Source: Octopus sinensis
Taxonomy: Eukaryota
Assembly (NCBI RefSeq): GCF_006345805.1
Contig: NW_021836846.1
Coordinates: 1 to 52,325 of the forward strand
Length of the DNA stretch: 52,325 nt
Direction of reading: 5' to 3'
Shown here: positions 1 through 12,039 of the stretch, in pieces
Numbering within the stretch: position 1 is the first letter of the stretch
How the letters are laid out: every line of letters begins with the position of its first letter
Translations under genes and position numbers: made by a program
The notes under the pieces: model-generated
What the model saw: only the letters and a program-made list of their open reading frames with translations
The model's database searches: none
Told to the model about the DNA's origin: nothing

Positions 1-146
1 TCTGTGTCACGCTGATTTTATCCCGAGAAACTACGTTAAGGGTAACGTGTCTGTGGAATGCTCAGCCATTTGCACGTTAATTTCACGAGCAAGCTGTTCC
101 GTTGATCGTATCAGCTGGGACCCTCGTCGTCGTAACCGGCGGAGTC
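1..146 (+). mobile_element. tRNA-derived SINE, local family A (3' part)
   Basis: Matches the 3' half of fuller copies at 31435-31815 and 50309-50620 (gtcacgctg...actacgttaagggt...gtcgtaacc). Confidence 0.85.
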
Positions 147-189
147 TTCTTTTAACACGATTTGCCAAGCAATTCTACCGATTACTGTG

Positions 190-760
190 TCACAACAAGA
201 AAAGTAAATAAACTTTACGAAAGCAGAATGGAGGAAGCCCACATCTAAAAGACTGTAAAAATTTGGAAGTTAAGCTATTCGAGTGAAAGAATTTGGCTTC
301 CAAACCGCAGTCATTTCCATAGAAGTGGGCGCAAGAGGGTTTGTGGGCAGATCTACCAATGATTTCATGAAAGAGCTCTCAATTTCTGGGAAGAAAACCA
401 GAGTTCTTAAGGTAATGGCAGAAGCAGCTGAGAATTGTTCCAGCTGGATCTGATCAAGGAGGAACGGAAGTCAATTTCAAATGGGATAATTTACCCTACA
501 CTTAACAGGCATCTTGGGTCTGGGCTACCTTAACCACTTAGGTGGGTTGTTATCTTGACAGTAGCATAGAATGTGGCAGAAGAAGGGTGTCAAAGAGTCA
601 TGACCTAGTCCTAAAGCTAACCCTAGCCCTTAGAGTGTAAAAAGTTATGAGTTGAAACCCTTGCATGATGAAGGGGACTCCTCTGAATTCCTTCTGCTAA
701 GCTCTTCTCAGAATTTCTTACTACCAACTCGTTCTGTGAGGAATGGACTGAAAGTTGGCG
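190..760 (+). mobile_element. HERO-like RLE non-LTR retrotransposon remnant (C-terminal endonuclease region and 3' UTR)
   Basis: 301-471 translates QTAVISIEVGARGFVGRSTNDFMKELSISGKKTRVLKVMAEAAENCSSWI*, resembling the IEVG.RGF...AE.AS.W.W C-terminus of HERO-type elements; upstream frame is broken. Confidence 0.75.
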
Positions 761-1388
761 ATGCATATATCACCAACACCTTACCAACTTACACAGAACA
801 CAGTAAACTTACTGTCATAAACAACAAAGTGTTTTTGTAGAAGATACACTCCTAAATACCAACGAACATTAACAAAGGATATAAGCAATAGACAAAGGGA
901 AAGTCAACCATATAATATATCAAAACAGAGCAATATAAGTTAATTGCATGATTTACTAAGCAATTGTGTCGATTGCTGAGTCACAACTATAGAAGTAAAT
1001 AAACTTTAAAGAGAAAAACAAGGAAAATATTTTCTGTATAAATATAGCATAAACAATAACGAAACACGGCTTTAAACACAGGAAAGCTAATAAAAATATC
1101 AGCTTAAATGATAGATTAAAGCAGTATAACATTATTGGCAAATGACTCAGTCAGTAGATAGATATACATATATATGTGTATGTATTGTGTGAAGTGGTGT
1201 ACAGATTAAATGTATATTTTAAAAAAGAGGCAGTCGGAATTATGGACAATTATCATATAACGCTGTCATCTCGTTTCAGTGTTTCATCTGGAATGATTTT
1301 TTTACAAGAAATTTATGCCTTTTATATGTATGAGACTTAATTGAAAAGAATCTGGAGTTGAATATTAGGGAAAGAATGTTATTTTGAA

Positions 1389-1419
<31 letters not shown>

Positions 1420-1550
1420 CTGTGTGTGTGTGTGAGTATGTATCTATATGTATATATATGTATATGAATATATATGTGTGTGTGTAAGAATGTTTATGTA
1501 TGTGAATTTTTTAAGGCTTGGTAAGAGAGAGAAAAAAGTAAAAATGAAAG

Positions 1551-1608
<58 letters not shown>

Positions 1609-2223
1609 AAGGAGTCTTTTTCTGAGATGGATGAAATTGCATTGTATTCTTTGGTCAGTTGCCACGGTACTAAGCTATTGGGAGGGCTCTTTTTTCTGGG
1701 ATGGTTGAAATTGAGGACAGTTCATGAGGTCAATTTTCTTTTAATCATTGTGTTTTTTTAATGTTATCCAACTGTAGAAAATAGACTCCATTAAAAATTA
1801 CTTAGGGTGGGAGAGTTATTAAATGTGTGTGTATTTACGCTTGTGTGTGTTGATTGCTTAAGTGAACTTTTCTAGTTATTTTAGTAACAGAAATAAGAGC
1901 ATTTTAGTAAGGATACCCCCCTTTTTATACGTTTGTTTAAGGTAAGATTTTTCTGATAAATAATTGAGGACAAAGCAAAGCAATGCTTTTGTTTCTGATA
2001 TCAATATAGATTGTTTATTATATTTTAGCTTCTATGTTTTCTCACGGTTTGTTTCCATGTTATTTTTTGTTTAGGCTTTGATATTCCTGTATAAGTAGAT
2101 ACGAAATATTGTCTTTTAGAACTACTGTGGCTTTGACCTATAGTTTTTAGTTTATCCTGGTGATATTGATGTTCATGTCTGTTTTCTCCTTGAGCTTGCA
2201 ACGGACAGATTGCATTCCTTCTT

Positions 2224-2458
2224 GTTGTGAGTGTTTATTGAGCGAAAACACCTAAAGCTCCACGAGGCTCCGGCAGGGGATAGTGGTGATCCCTGCTGTA
2301 CTCTTTCACCACAACCTTCTCTCACTCTTACTTCCTGTTTCTGTTGTACCCGTACTTCAAAGGGCCGGCCTTGTCACTCTCTGTGTCACGCTGAATATCC
2401 CCGAGAACTACGTTAAGGGTACACGTGTCTGTGGAGTGCTCAGCCACTTACACGGAGT
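2224..2458 (+). mobile_element. SINE family A, 5'-truncated
   Basis: gtgagtgtttattgagcgaaaacacctaaagctccacgaggctccggcag... is shared with the other A copies. Confidence 0.85.
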
Positions 2459-2873
2459 GCTTCCACTGCTATTTTACTTTAAGCCTTGTCCTTGGAAGAG
2501 TCATTAGTTGGGAAAAAGCAAACGTCTATCTATTTTAGTTATTTAATTATGCTTCTTTTTATATTATCATAATCATAAATCCCATCTTTAGAATAATCTA
2601 ATTTTTAATCTTCTTTTTTATCAAGATTGTTGTTGGTGCTGTCATGGTTCGGAATTTGTTGGTCATTCGGTTGTTTTGTGTTTTTTTAGGATTCCAATTT
2701 GTTCTGTTATTATCATTTTCTTTATTTTAGAAGTACTAAGTCTATCCTCGTGAGAGACGTTCGCTACGTTATTAGTCTTAGTACTTTCATTCTCATTCTT
2801 TGCAGTTTTGTAGCTTTTTTTTTTTTTTTACTATTTATGCTTTCGTTATTTTAATGGTATCATTATTATTGCT

Positions 2874-3440
2874 ATTAGTCGTTCCGAGTTCAAATTCCGC
2901 CGAGGCTCACTTTGCCTGTCATTCTTGCGCGATCGATGAATTAGTATCAGTTACACACTGGGGCCGAAGTAATCGACTAGCCCCCACCCACCGAATTTCA
3001 GGCCTTGTGCCTATAGTAGAAAGGGTTATTATCACTATTATTAAAGCGGCGGGATGACAGAATTTTAGAGCGGCGTACAAAATGCCTAATGACATTTTAT
3101 TTTTGGCTCTTTGCTTTCTGAGTTCAAAACCAGTCACGGTCAGCTTTACCTTTCGGGGTCAATAAAATAAGTACAACTTGAGCACTCTCCCGAAAATTAC
3201 TGATTTTGTACCAAGAATGTAAAACCATTATTATTGTTATTATTAAAGCAGCGAGCTGGTAGAATCGTTAGCATACCGGACAAAGTGCCCTACCGTATTT
3301 GTTCCGGCTTTTTACGAGTTCCTTTCCTGTCGAGTTCAACTTTCTCAGGACTGATAAAATAAAGTACCAGCTAAATACTGGGGTCACTGTAATCGATCCT
3401 AAAATTACTTGCTTGATGCATATGTCAGAAACCCTAATTA
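2874..3440 (+). mobile_element. Cluster of three SINE family B copies
   Basis: Repeated ttctgagttcaaattccgccgag...gtcgat...aagtaccag...ggggtc...aatcga blocks at about 2874, 3045 and 3248. Confidence 0.8.
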
Positions 3441-3478
3441 CTACACCATCATAATCATTATCTGCAGCAGCAGCATCC

Positions 3479-3665
3479 AGTGGAGGCAGCGGACTCGCGG
3501 TCGTAAGAATGCGGTTTCGATTCCCAGACCGGACATTGTGAGTATTTATTGAGCAAAAACCCCTAAGCTCCACGTGGCTCCGGCGGGTGGGGTGGGGGGT
3601 GGAAGTGAACCCCGCTGTACTCTTTCACCACAACTTTTTTTCACTCTTTCTTCCTACTTCTGCCA
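3479..3665 (+). mobile_element. SINE family A, 5' part
   Basis: gtggaggcagcggactcgcggtcgtaag...gtttcgattcccagaccgg B-box head, followed by family A body. Confidence 0.8.
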
Positions 3666-3827
3666 CAAAGCAGCGGAGCCCTGGTGTAGCCCACTATGGT
3701 GTGGTAAACTTCCAGACTCTAGTCTAGATTGCGAATCCTCTGGTCCCCAGGAGGAAGAGGAGGAGGAGGTGGAGAAGAAGAAGGAGAAGAAGAAGAAGAA
3801 GAAGAAGAAGAAGAAGACTCCAGTCTA

Positions 3828-3960
3828 GGGTTATTCATTTCAGCTGAGTGGGCTGGAGCAACGTGAAATAAAGTGTCTCGCTCAACGCCCGGGCGGGGAA
3901 TCGAAATCTCAATCTTGAGATTGTTAATGCAACATTTTAACCACGAGGCCACTCGCCTTC
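3828..3960 (-). mobile_element. SINE family D fragment
   Basis: ctgagtgggctggagcaacgtgaaataaagtgtc...gggaatcgaa matches the copy at 12040-12366. Confidence 0.7.
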
Positions 3961-5083
3961 ATTATACTACGATCTTATTTAATTTTTGTCTTATGATATA
4001 TTTACAGCGTACACCCCCACATCATATCTTCCTGACACTGTAGCAAATCTACTTGAGACAGCAACATCCTCATGGACAGCTTGTCTGAGAATAACAACAA
4101 TGTGTTCTACAGAATAGCGACAATGGAATTATTATGGAAAACCACAAAAGCGACAATTGCGACAAAGACAAAATGGATATATATATAATATATATATATT
4201 ATATATATCTATATATAATTTATATATATGTATATATATATATATATATTATATATATATACATATATATATAATTATTTTTTATTATTTTCCTGTCAAC
4301 CTCTTTTGTTTGTGTCACCAGTCTTTCTCATACTCTTCTTGTCCCAACCCAACATTACCCTCACCTCTCTCATTCTCTCACTACCTTTACATATGTGTGT
4401 ATGTGTGGGCGTGTATGTGTGTGCGTGCGCGTCTGTGTGTATATATATACTATAATATATATATATATACACAAATATATATATATTACATATACATATA
4501 TTCTAAATACATACACACACTCACACACACTTTCACACACGTATTCCTCTGTTAAGTGTTTTTCTCTATGACGTTTTAATACTGCCTTTTGTTTCATAGA
4601 CATAGGCAATAGGCCAAGACAAGAATATACAATGATTAAGAGTAAATTATTTCCGTGTGTTAAATCACAAACGATCCAAACTGTAAATGAATAACTTTTT
4701 TATTTTATTTTTCTCAATGAAGTAAGTTTAAACGCGAAAAATGTATTTAGTTGTTTGCCATTATTAGTTTGATCAATAAATCTACGCAAATGAATGCTGC
4801 TTAATTCAGGACATTTAAGTTTATAAAATGTGTGGAGTAAAAGTGAGAAAATATACAGACTATTCGGGATAAATTTGAAAACCTTTTATGCCTCCTTTTC
4901 TAGTTTGGTTTATTGGTGTTGTAATCCAACGTCGGACTGTTATAACATTCATCCCGGTACACCAGTATAATCAGTTAGACACGTAAAACACGACTATCTA
5001 TGACTGACTTCCCCACGTCGCAGTATTTTTAACGACTAGCACATACCACCCGTCACGTGGGAGGGGTATTCCTTTATTATTAC

Positions 5084-5129
<46 letters not shown>

Positions 5130-5153
5130 ATTATTATTATCATCATTATCATC

Positions 5154-6112
5154 ATTGCCTTGGCACAGCTTCTAATGCTGGAGGTGTATTACGGTCTAAC
5201 ACAGAGATTTCCTTCGAGAGCATGTCTAACCCTGCCTGGATTCTTCTTTTCCACCATGGAACTTTTCTTTTGTCACTCCCATTATGTTTCTTTTTCTTGA
5301 CATCGACACCCACATTTTCTACTACAACAATACTTGTTGCCTTGATCAAATTATTTGTTTCTGTGATGTTGTTTGTTCTGATGTATTTCAGAATTTCATT
5401 GACCTTTTTCGTTTCTAGGTTCAGTTCCCATCGATCAACCTTTTTACGGTTGCAAATAATGTCGTTATCGTTTGCCTGTAGTCTTAACTTTATTCTGTCG
5501 TAGATTGCCTTTTGTTATTCTGTCATGTCACTATTAGTTTTATCGTCTTCTTTTAGATCATCTATATGTCTCTCATCAAGTAAACTACCACTGCTCCTTT
5601 CCTGTGCTATGGGATTACTCTTATTAGTAAAAACCGTAGTTTCATTGTTATCTCTGCTGCTATTTTCCAAGACTCGTCTTTTGATAGCTTCGAGCTCTAC
5701 TTCTGTGAACCAACAATTTTTTGTTATTGCTCTAGCTTGATCACATAATCTTTGTTCCGTGAATTGAAACAATCCCTTTTCTCTCCAATGATCATACATA
5801 CGATGTTGGTAACCCCTAATTTGAGCACCATATTCATCTACCGGGCTGTTCAGGTGTAACATTCCATGACCACAGCATTAATTTGTTTGCTCCATCTACG
5901 CCGTATGTGGTGGTTCCTCTCTGGATATCGACAGGCTGGAACCGGACCAGAATCTCTGAGCCTACCGGGTGTACCACTGTCACCATCATTGGCTCCAGTT
6001 TCGTTCCCACCGTTATTCACAATAATTTGTTTTTTCATTGTCATCATTTGAGGTAGCGATTATCAGGTTGCGCAATTACCAGTGTTTTTATTGTGACACA
6101 ATCACTAGATGT
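5154..6112 (-). mobile_element. R4/Dong-like non-LTR retrotransposon, 5'/N-terminal fragment
   Basis: Minus frames give RRRWSKQINAVVMECY, GYQHRMYDHWREKGLFQFTEQRLCDQARAITKNCWFTEVELEAIKRRV and VPWWKRRIQAGLDMLSKEI, typical of the R4-clade N-terminal region; frameshifted; flanked by (ATT)n. Confidence 0.8.
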
Positions 6113-6116
6113 TTCC

Positions 6117-6168
<52 letters not shown>

Positions 6169-6320
6169 CATCATCATTATTATTATTATTATCATCATCA
6201 TTATTATTATTATTATCCCCACAACTATTGAGGTAGCGATTATCAGGTTGCGCAATTACCAGTGTTTTTATTGTGACACCATCATTAGATGTATCATCAT
6301 CATCTTCCTCCTCCTCCTCC

Positions 6321-6357
<37 letters not shown>

Positions 6358-6368
6358 TATTATTATCA

Positions 6369-6454
<86 letters not shown>

Positions 6455-6455
6455 C
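6113..6455. repeat. (ATT)n/(CAT)n/(CCT)n microsatellite complex containing a 65-bp tandem duplication
   Basis: 6048-6112 recurs at 6228-6292 with 2 mismatches; atccccacaactattg occurs at 6215 and 6451. Confidence 0.9.
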
Positions 6456-7034
6456 CACAACTATTGGCGAAAAGTACACAGTGTAAGAGGGCATTGGGAC
6501 TAAAGTTGTAGATGTGAAAAATTACTAAAATTACATATGTTTTAAGTTCCTCGCTGAAACACTGTTTCTAATGTCAGTGCTATTGTCCACTTGGCTAGAT
6601 TCTTTATTACATTTAAACTAGCGCTATGGTATGTTCTAACTTCGATTGTTGCCTCAATCACTATTACTGTCCATAGGGTTAGAATTATTGCACACGAAGG
6701 AAGAACTCCTATCGTTATTGAAATTAAGAACTCGCCTATCGTATGCCTATCGTTATCGCAATTAAGCGCTCGGGAAGTACTGTTGATATTACCTCTATCA
6801 TCACCCCCATGTAATTCCATCATTAGCGTAAATGCAGTCATTGCATGACGCAGTCGGTAAACGGTGATTAGGAATGCTAATTAAACATAAACCGTTGCAC
6901 GTAAGCCATCAAATCAAAATTTTTCCGTATTGTACATAGCATTACACTTAGAAATATTGTAATTACCTATACCTTTCGTAAATAAATTCATTAATTTTCT
7001 ATTGTTAATAGCAGATATACGATCGGCACTTTAC

Positions 7035-7614
7035 ATGCATGCATGCATACATACATACATACATACATAAATACATACATACACACATACCATACATACA
7101 TACATACATACATACATACATACATACATACATACATGCATACATACATACGTACATACATACATACATATATACATACATACATGCATACATACGTACG
7201 CACGTACATACGTACATACATGCATACATATATACATATATACATACACACATGCATGCATACATGCATACATACATACATACACACATACATACATACA
7301 TACACACATACATATATACATACACACATGCATACATACATACATATGTACATACACACATACAAACATACATACATACATACATACACACATGCATACA
7401 TACTACATATATACATGCATACATACATACATACATACACACATACATATATACATACACACATGCATACATACATACATATATACATACACACATACAT
7501 ACACACATACATACATACATACATACATACATACATACATACATACATACATGCATGCATACATACATACATACATACATACATACATACGTACATACAT
7601 ACATACATACATAC
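7035..7614. repeat. Long imperfect (CATA)n array
   Basis: About 580 bp of acat/cata units with CA/TA slippage variants. Confidence 0.95.
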
Positions 7615-8745
7615 AAATTGGCTTGCTACAGCAGGGTCAAATCTTGTTGCCAAAAATGAAATCACCGAGATGGCAGTAAACTACAGGCCCATTGCTTGCC
7701 TAAACACTGTGTGCAGACTGTACACAAGTTGCCTCAGCCAATTCCTCCAGGTACATTGTGAGTCGAACAACATCATGACTTATGAAAAGGCTGGTGGAAA
7801 GAAAGGAGTGTGGGGATGTGTCGAACAACTTTTAATAAACAAAGCTGTACTGTCTGAAGTGAGACATTGACAAGAAGATACTAACCAGCTCACGTAATTT
7901 CTTCATAAACAGTGGCGCGGACCGCCTTTACCTAAAACGAAGACAAGGCGGCAGAGGCTTAACATCGATCCAGACTGCCTTTGAATGACATATCACATCC
8001 CTTTGGCAACATCTTTTAGTCACCAAGTGTCGAAGTGCATCTCTTGACCAAGTTTGTATAAATGAGGCTGATAATATCATAAGACTTAGAAAGCAGCTCC
8101 TTGAGCAGTATTCCTTGTCAGATAACCTAAAATACATGCCCAAAGAAGTCCTATATGAGCCGAAAAAAATGTATGGATATGTTAGCAGAAAGCTCCGACA
8201 AGATAGTATTACCTACTGATGAGACATAATGTAGGTAGGACACTGTGTAATGAGAGCCGTCGGAAGAATAACCAGAAGACAAAGAAATAGGAACCCACAG
8301 TTTGGTAGAAGACATAGCCACTCATAATAAAAAGGAGTTCTGGCGGAATGTCCTAGTGAAAACCCCAATAAGATGTAAACACAATAAACATGACATAATG
8401 ATTTGGGATTGAGAAGAGAAATTGTGTACAGTTGTGGAAATCAGTTTTCCAGCAGATGTTAACATAAAGCTAAAGATCAGTGAAAAATGAAATGCTTATT
8501 GAGAAATCTGCATTTACTCTATCCAGGTAACAAGTTCAGGTTTAAACCAGTAATTATTGGGGTCCTGGGATATGTAACACACTACCGAAATACCAATCTT
8601 GAGAAATTAGTCAGAAAATTAGGCAAAAACAGAAAGAAGAAAGCTGATTTGAAAACTACAGATCCGGAACTGTAAAAATCTGTAAAACTTTCCAGAAGTT
8701 TGTCGTTTAAATATATATGAATGTGTCTAGATATGCAACTATATG
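7615..8745 (+). mobile_element. R4/Dong-like element, 3' part (RT fragment, internal deletion, RLE endonuclease)
   Basis: NYRPIACLNTVCRLYTSCLSQFLQVHCESNNIM...GVWGCVEQLLINKAVLSEV (RT); ADRLYLKRRQGGRGL; KHNKHDIMIWD*EEKLCTVVEISFPADVNIKLKISEK and LLYPGNKFRFKPVIIGVLGYV (RLE). Stops and frameshifts present. Confidence 0.85.
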
Positions 8746-8784
8746 CATGAAAATAGATACATAAAGCAAAGCATACAAATCTGC

Positions 8785-9020
8785 ACATATACATACATAC
8801 ATACATACATACATACATACATACATACATACATACATACATACACACACACATACATACATACATACATACATACATACATACATACATACATACATAC
8901 ATACATACATACCTTGTTGATGTTGAAATTCCAATGAAGGAGCCTTGGATCTAGGTTAGAAACTGGCTCTTTTTCTATTGGCAAGAAATCTTGAAATAAA
9001 ACTGAATAATGACAAACATA
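8785..9020 (+). repeat. (CATA)n tail followed by a short retroelement-like 3' end
   Basis: (CATA)n 8785-8911, then ccttgttgatgttgaaattccaatgaaggg...aataaaactgaataatgacaaacatac, which has an AATAAA and resumes acatac. Confidence 0.55.
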
Positions 9021-9258
9021 CACGCCCACACGCACACACACACAGAAACACACAATCCACATATACACATATCAAAATCACCGTACACAGACACCATACA
9101 CAATTACACAAATACGCGTGTGTCTGTGTGTATGCATGTGTGTGTGTTTGTGTGTGCGTGCATGTGTTTTTGTGTGCGTGTTGTGTGTGTGGTGGACTCC
9201 CCTATCGCAAGACAATAGATGTATATATATATATAAAACACATTAAGAGGCTTCCATC

Positions 9259-9403
9259 ATAGGAATGCCTTGCGCTAGAAAGAACAGTTAAAGTCCAAGC
9301 CACTAATTAGGGATAAATTCTCGAAGGGAATGAAAAATAAAAACATTTACCCTAATTAGTGGCTTGGACTTTAACTGTTCTTTCTAGCGCAAGACATTCC
9401 TAT
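9259..9403. repeat. Fold-back (54-bp arms, 1 mismatch, 37-nt loop)
   Basis: 9259-9312 is the reverse complement of 9350-9403; shares gctagaaag.acagttaaa.tccaagccac with 36812-37097. Confidence 0.9.
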
Positions 9404-9544
9404 GTGTTTTAATGTATACGGTATTTTATATGAATAATATATAGTCTATTGACTGGATTTTTTACGCTAGACCACTGGGAGTGAAAATTTCTATAATTTT
9501 TATTACCCTGATATTATTTTATTATATATATATATATTGTATTG

Positions 9545-9912
9545 TATTGGCATCCTTTCTGTCTCGGGAGACAATGGAGTTGCGCATGTTTTGTTTTTTT
9601 TCTTTTTTTTTTTTGTAGTCTAGTCCGGCTTTTATATTTCATGTCCTGATACATTTCCTGCTGTTGCTGTGTAGTCCTATCCTGGACAAACACTCCCTCT
9701 GGCAGGTACCGCAAATGTAGCGAAGATTGTTCCTGGCTGGTTGTAGAGCCATAGTCTCTTGTTTACGTCTCTTCCTTTCTTTACATTTCTCCTCTCTCTC
9801 TCTGTCACTCTTTTGTATTCCCTCTTTTACTGTACGTCGCCATTCTTTACGGTTGCCGGCAACTGCCTCCCAACCGCTAATATTGATGTTGCAGGCCTTC
9901 ATATCCTTTTGC
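9545..9912 (-). mobile_element. RTE-clade LINE 3' end
   Basis: KDMKACNINISGWEAVAGNRKEWRRTVKEG...YICGTCQRECLSRIGLHSNSRKC; same family as 33335-34092. Confidence 0.9.
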
Positions 9913-10096
9913 AAACATCCCTATATATGTCCGTCAACTACAACATATATATATATTAATATATATTATATATATATATAATATATATATAATATTATAT
10001 ATATATAATAAACATACAAACGCTACACACATACACAGATGAATACGTGTGTTGTAACTCTGCGTATATGTATAAAGTTTGTATGTCTTTGTACGT

Positions 10097-10132
<36 letters not shown>

Positions 10133-10419
10133 CTGTGTGAGCACACGTGTTTGCATATGTCTAGAGGTGTCAAGTATATTAATCGATTCCGCAGATGTTA
10201 TTTCGAGGAATGCGGCCCCAGTAGATCTGCAGACCTTGAGATTAACTTAAGCATACAGACATGGCACGTATAGCAGGTGATGACGAACAGACGCGATTAA
10301 TATAATCGAAACGTTTAGAATAAGTAAATAGCCTCTTACAGAAAATTTAGGTTAACTTTTCTAAGAGTACAAACACGTACGCACGCAACACACACTCTCA
10401 CTCATGCACACACACTCAT

Positions 10420-10482
<63 letters not shown>

Positions 10483-11099
10483 ACACACACACACACACAA
10501 AGGCATAAAGACGTAAGTCAATTTTGATGTTTTTTGTCTTATAGACAAGTATTTACTTAACAAGATAAACACTCATACACATACATACAGGCACTAATAC
10601 ATACACACACACCAATACACACACACAAGTACACGTAATACCTGTATATATATATTTATACACTTATATGCATATTATTATTTTTTTTTTTAGTGTGTTT
10701 TGGCCTAAAAGTTGGGGCCATGCTGGGGCACCCCTAGTATCATTATCTTTTTAAATAGACATTCCCATATGGTTGGCATTTTGGTGAATGAAGAAGCTTC
10801 ATGTTGCTGCCATCGTTTCAGGTTCTAGCCGTGATGTAGTCACATTTGGGATCTTGGGGTGGGGGTTGGACAGAAGCAAGTGTTCCACCGAAGAAGGGTA
10901 GCACTTATCCCTTGGGGGCCCGCAGTCAGTGAATCACTTGCTTCGAAGAGTAACCTTCTCTTGTACCTTACTGGAACAGACTCTTCAGAAAAGCTCTAGA
11001 AGTCTCTAGGCTTTGTCTTTACATTTTGACAGACCAGGATTCTATTTCTGCCCTCTCCTTCTCATGGGAATGTTTGAAGTTTCAATCTCAAGTACTGCT

Positions 11100-11227
11100 C
11101 ATTTTAGATAAAATTCTGAGTTCAAATTCCGCTGAGGTCGACTTTGCCATTCTTCCTTTCGGGGTCGATGTAATCGACTTGTCCCCATCCCTAAAATTTC
11201 AGGCCTTGTGCCTATAGTAGAAAGGAT
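11100..11227 (+). mobile_element. SINE family B
   Basis: ttctgagttcaaattccgctgaggtcgactttgcc...caggccttgtgcctatagtagaaagg. Confidence 0.85.
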
Positions 11228-11389
11228 TTTAGATAAGATTCCTCACAATCCTTTAGCGGGCCATTTAGACGATTTGAGATCTTTCTTCATCATCTCATTA
11301 GAATCTTCTTATTTCTGAAAATTTTGTTCTTCAGTCGGTTTGACTGGTGCAACCCCTAGAAGAGTTAGGGTTGAGGGAATGAACGCCGG

Positions 11390-11560
11390 TACATATGTTT
11401 AAGCCCGGTACCTATTATATTGGTCTCTTTTTTCTGAATCGCCAAGTTACGGAGACGTTAACACACCAACACCAGTTGTTAAGCAGTGATGGGGAAGAAA
11501 CACAGACACATAGACACACACATACGTACACGCACACACAGGCATACGCAAACATAAATA
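11390..11560 (-). mobile_element. SINE family C fragment
   Basis: ggtctctttt...gaatcgccaagttacggagacgttaacacacc matches family C copies. Confidence 0.75.
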
Positions 11561-12039
11561 AGCCGTTTTTAACGGCTTATTTAAGCGGAGATCATTGAGG
11601 GCATCTAAATATCTTACTTTCTGACTATGGGAAAACATCTGGATCGTGTAAAAGTTTTTACAATGACTCTCCTCTCCGCAACCTCCATTTCCGTCTAAAT
11701 ATGGTCCACACCATTCAAGCAGCGTTATTTTCTCTTTTAATCACTAGCTAACACTGTACATTCGCACCTTTACTGAATTATAAAAGAGGATTGTTGAGCA
11801 TTCGACCTGGTCTTAAAGGGGCCCTCTCTCACTCCGACATAATTCTGCATAGGTATTGCATTGTTGTTGTTAGTGTAGGTCATCATTTCTACTTTGCAAA
11901 CAACGGCTGCATTGAAGTTTATGTGCTTTCACTCAGCATATCTGAAGAGGTGTCAATATGGTGGGCGCGAAACTGACAGTAACATTCTCACTATATGTAT
12001 GTCATAACCAGTAAAACACTTGAGGAGAGGATGGGACCT

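Noticed and set aside
6991-7870. Long ORFs (up to 275 aa) of YIHT/MYVC repeats, and similar poly-I/L/S/ER ORFs elsewhere
   Set aside because: Stop-free translations of (CATA)n, (ATT)n, (GA)n and (TA)n microsatellites. Only the last about 85 codons of 7043-7870 are LINE RT.
5154-8745. Twin-priming inversion joining the minus 5' and plus 3' R4-like fragments
   Set aside because: The geometry fits, but about 1.5 kb of unrelated sequence intervenes and the flanking microsatellites differ, so two insertions are more parsimonious.
10278-10320. GTGATGA...CGAAACGTT hammerhead-like motif
   Set aside because: Core has two or more mismatches in either register and no stem I.
11230-11980. Very old RTE-like remnant around the SINE at 11390
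   Set aside because: Only faint similarity (EMMKKDL-like stretch); too decayed to support a call.
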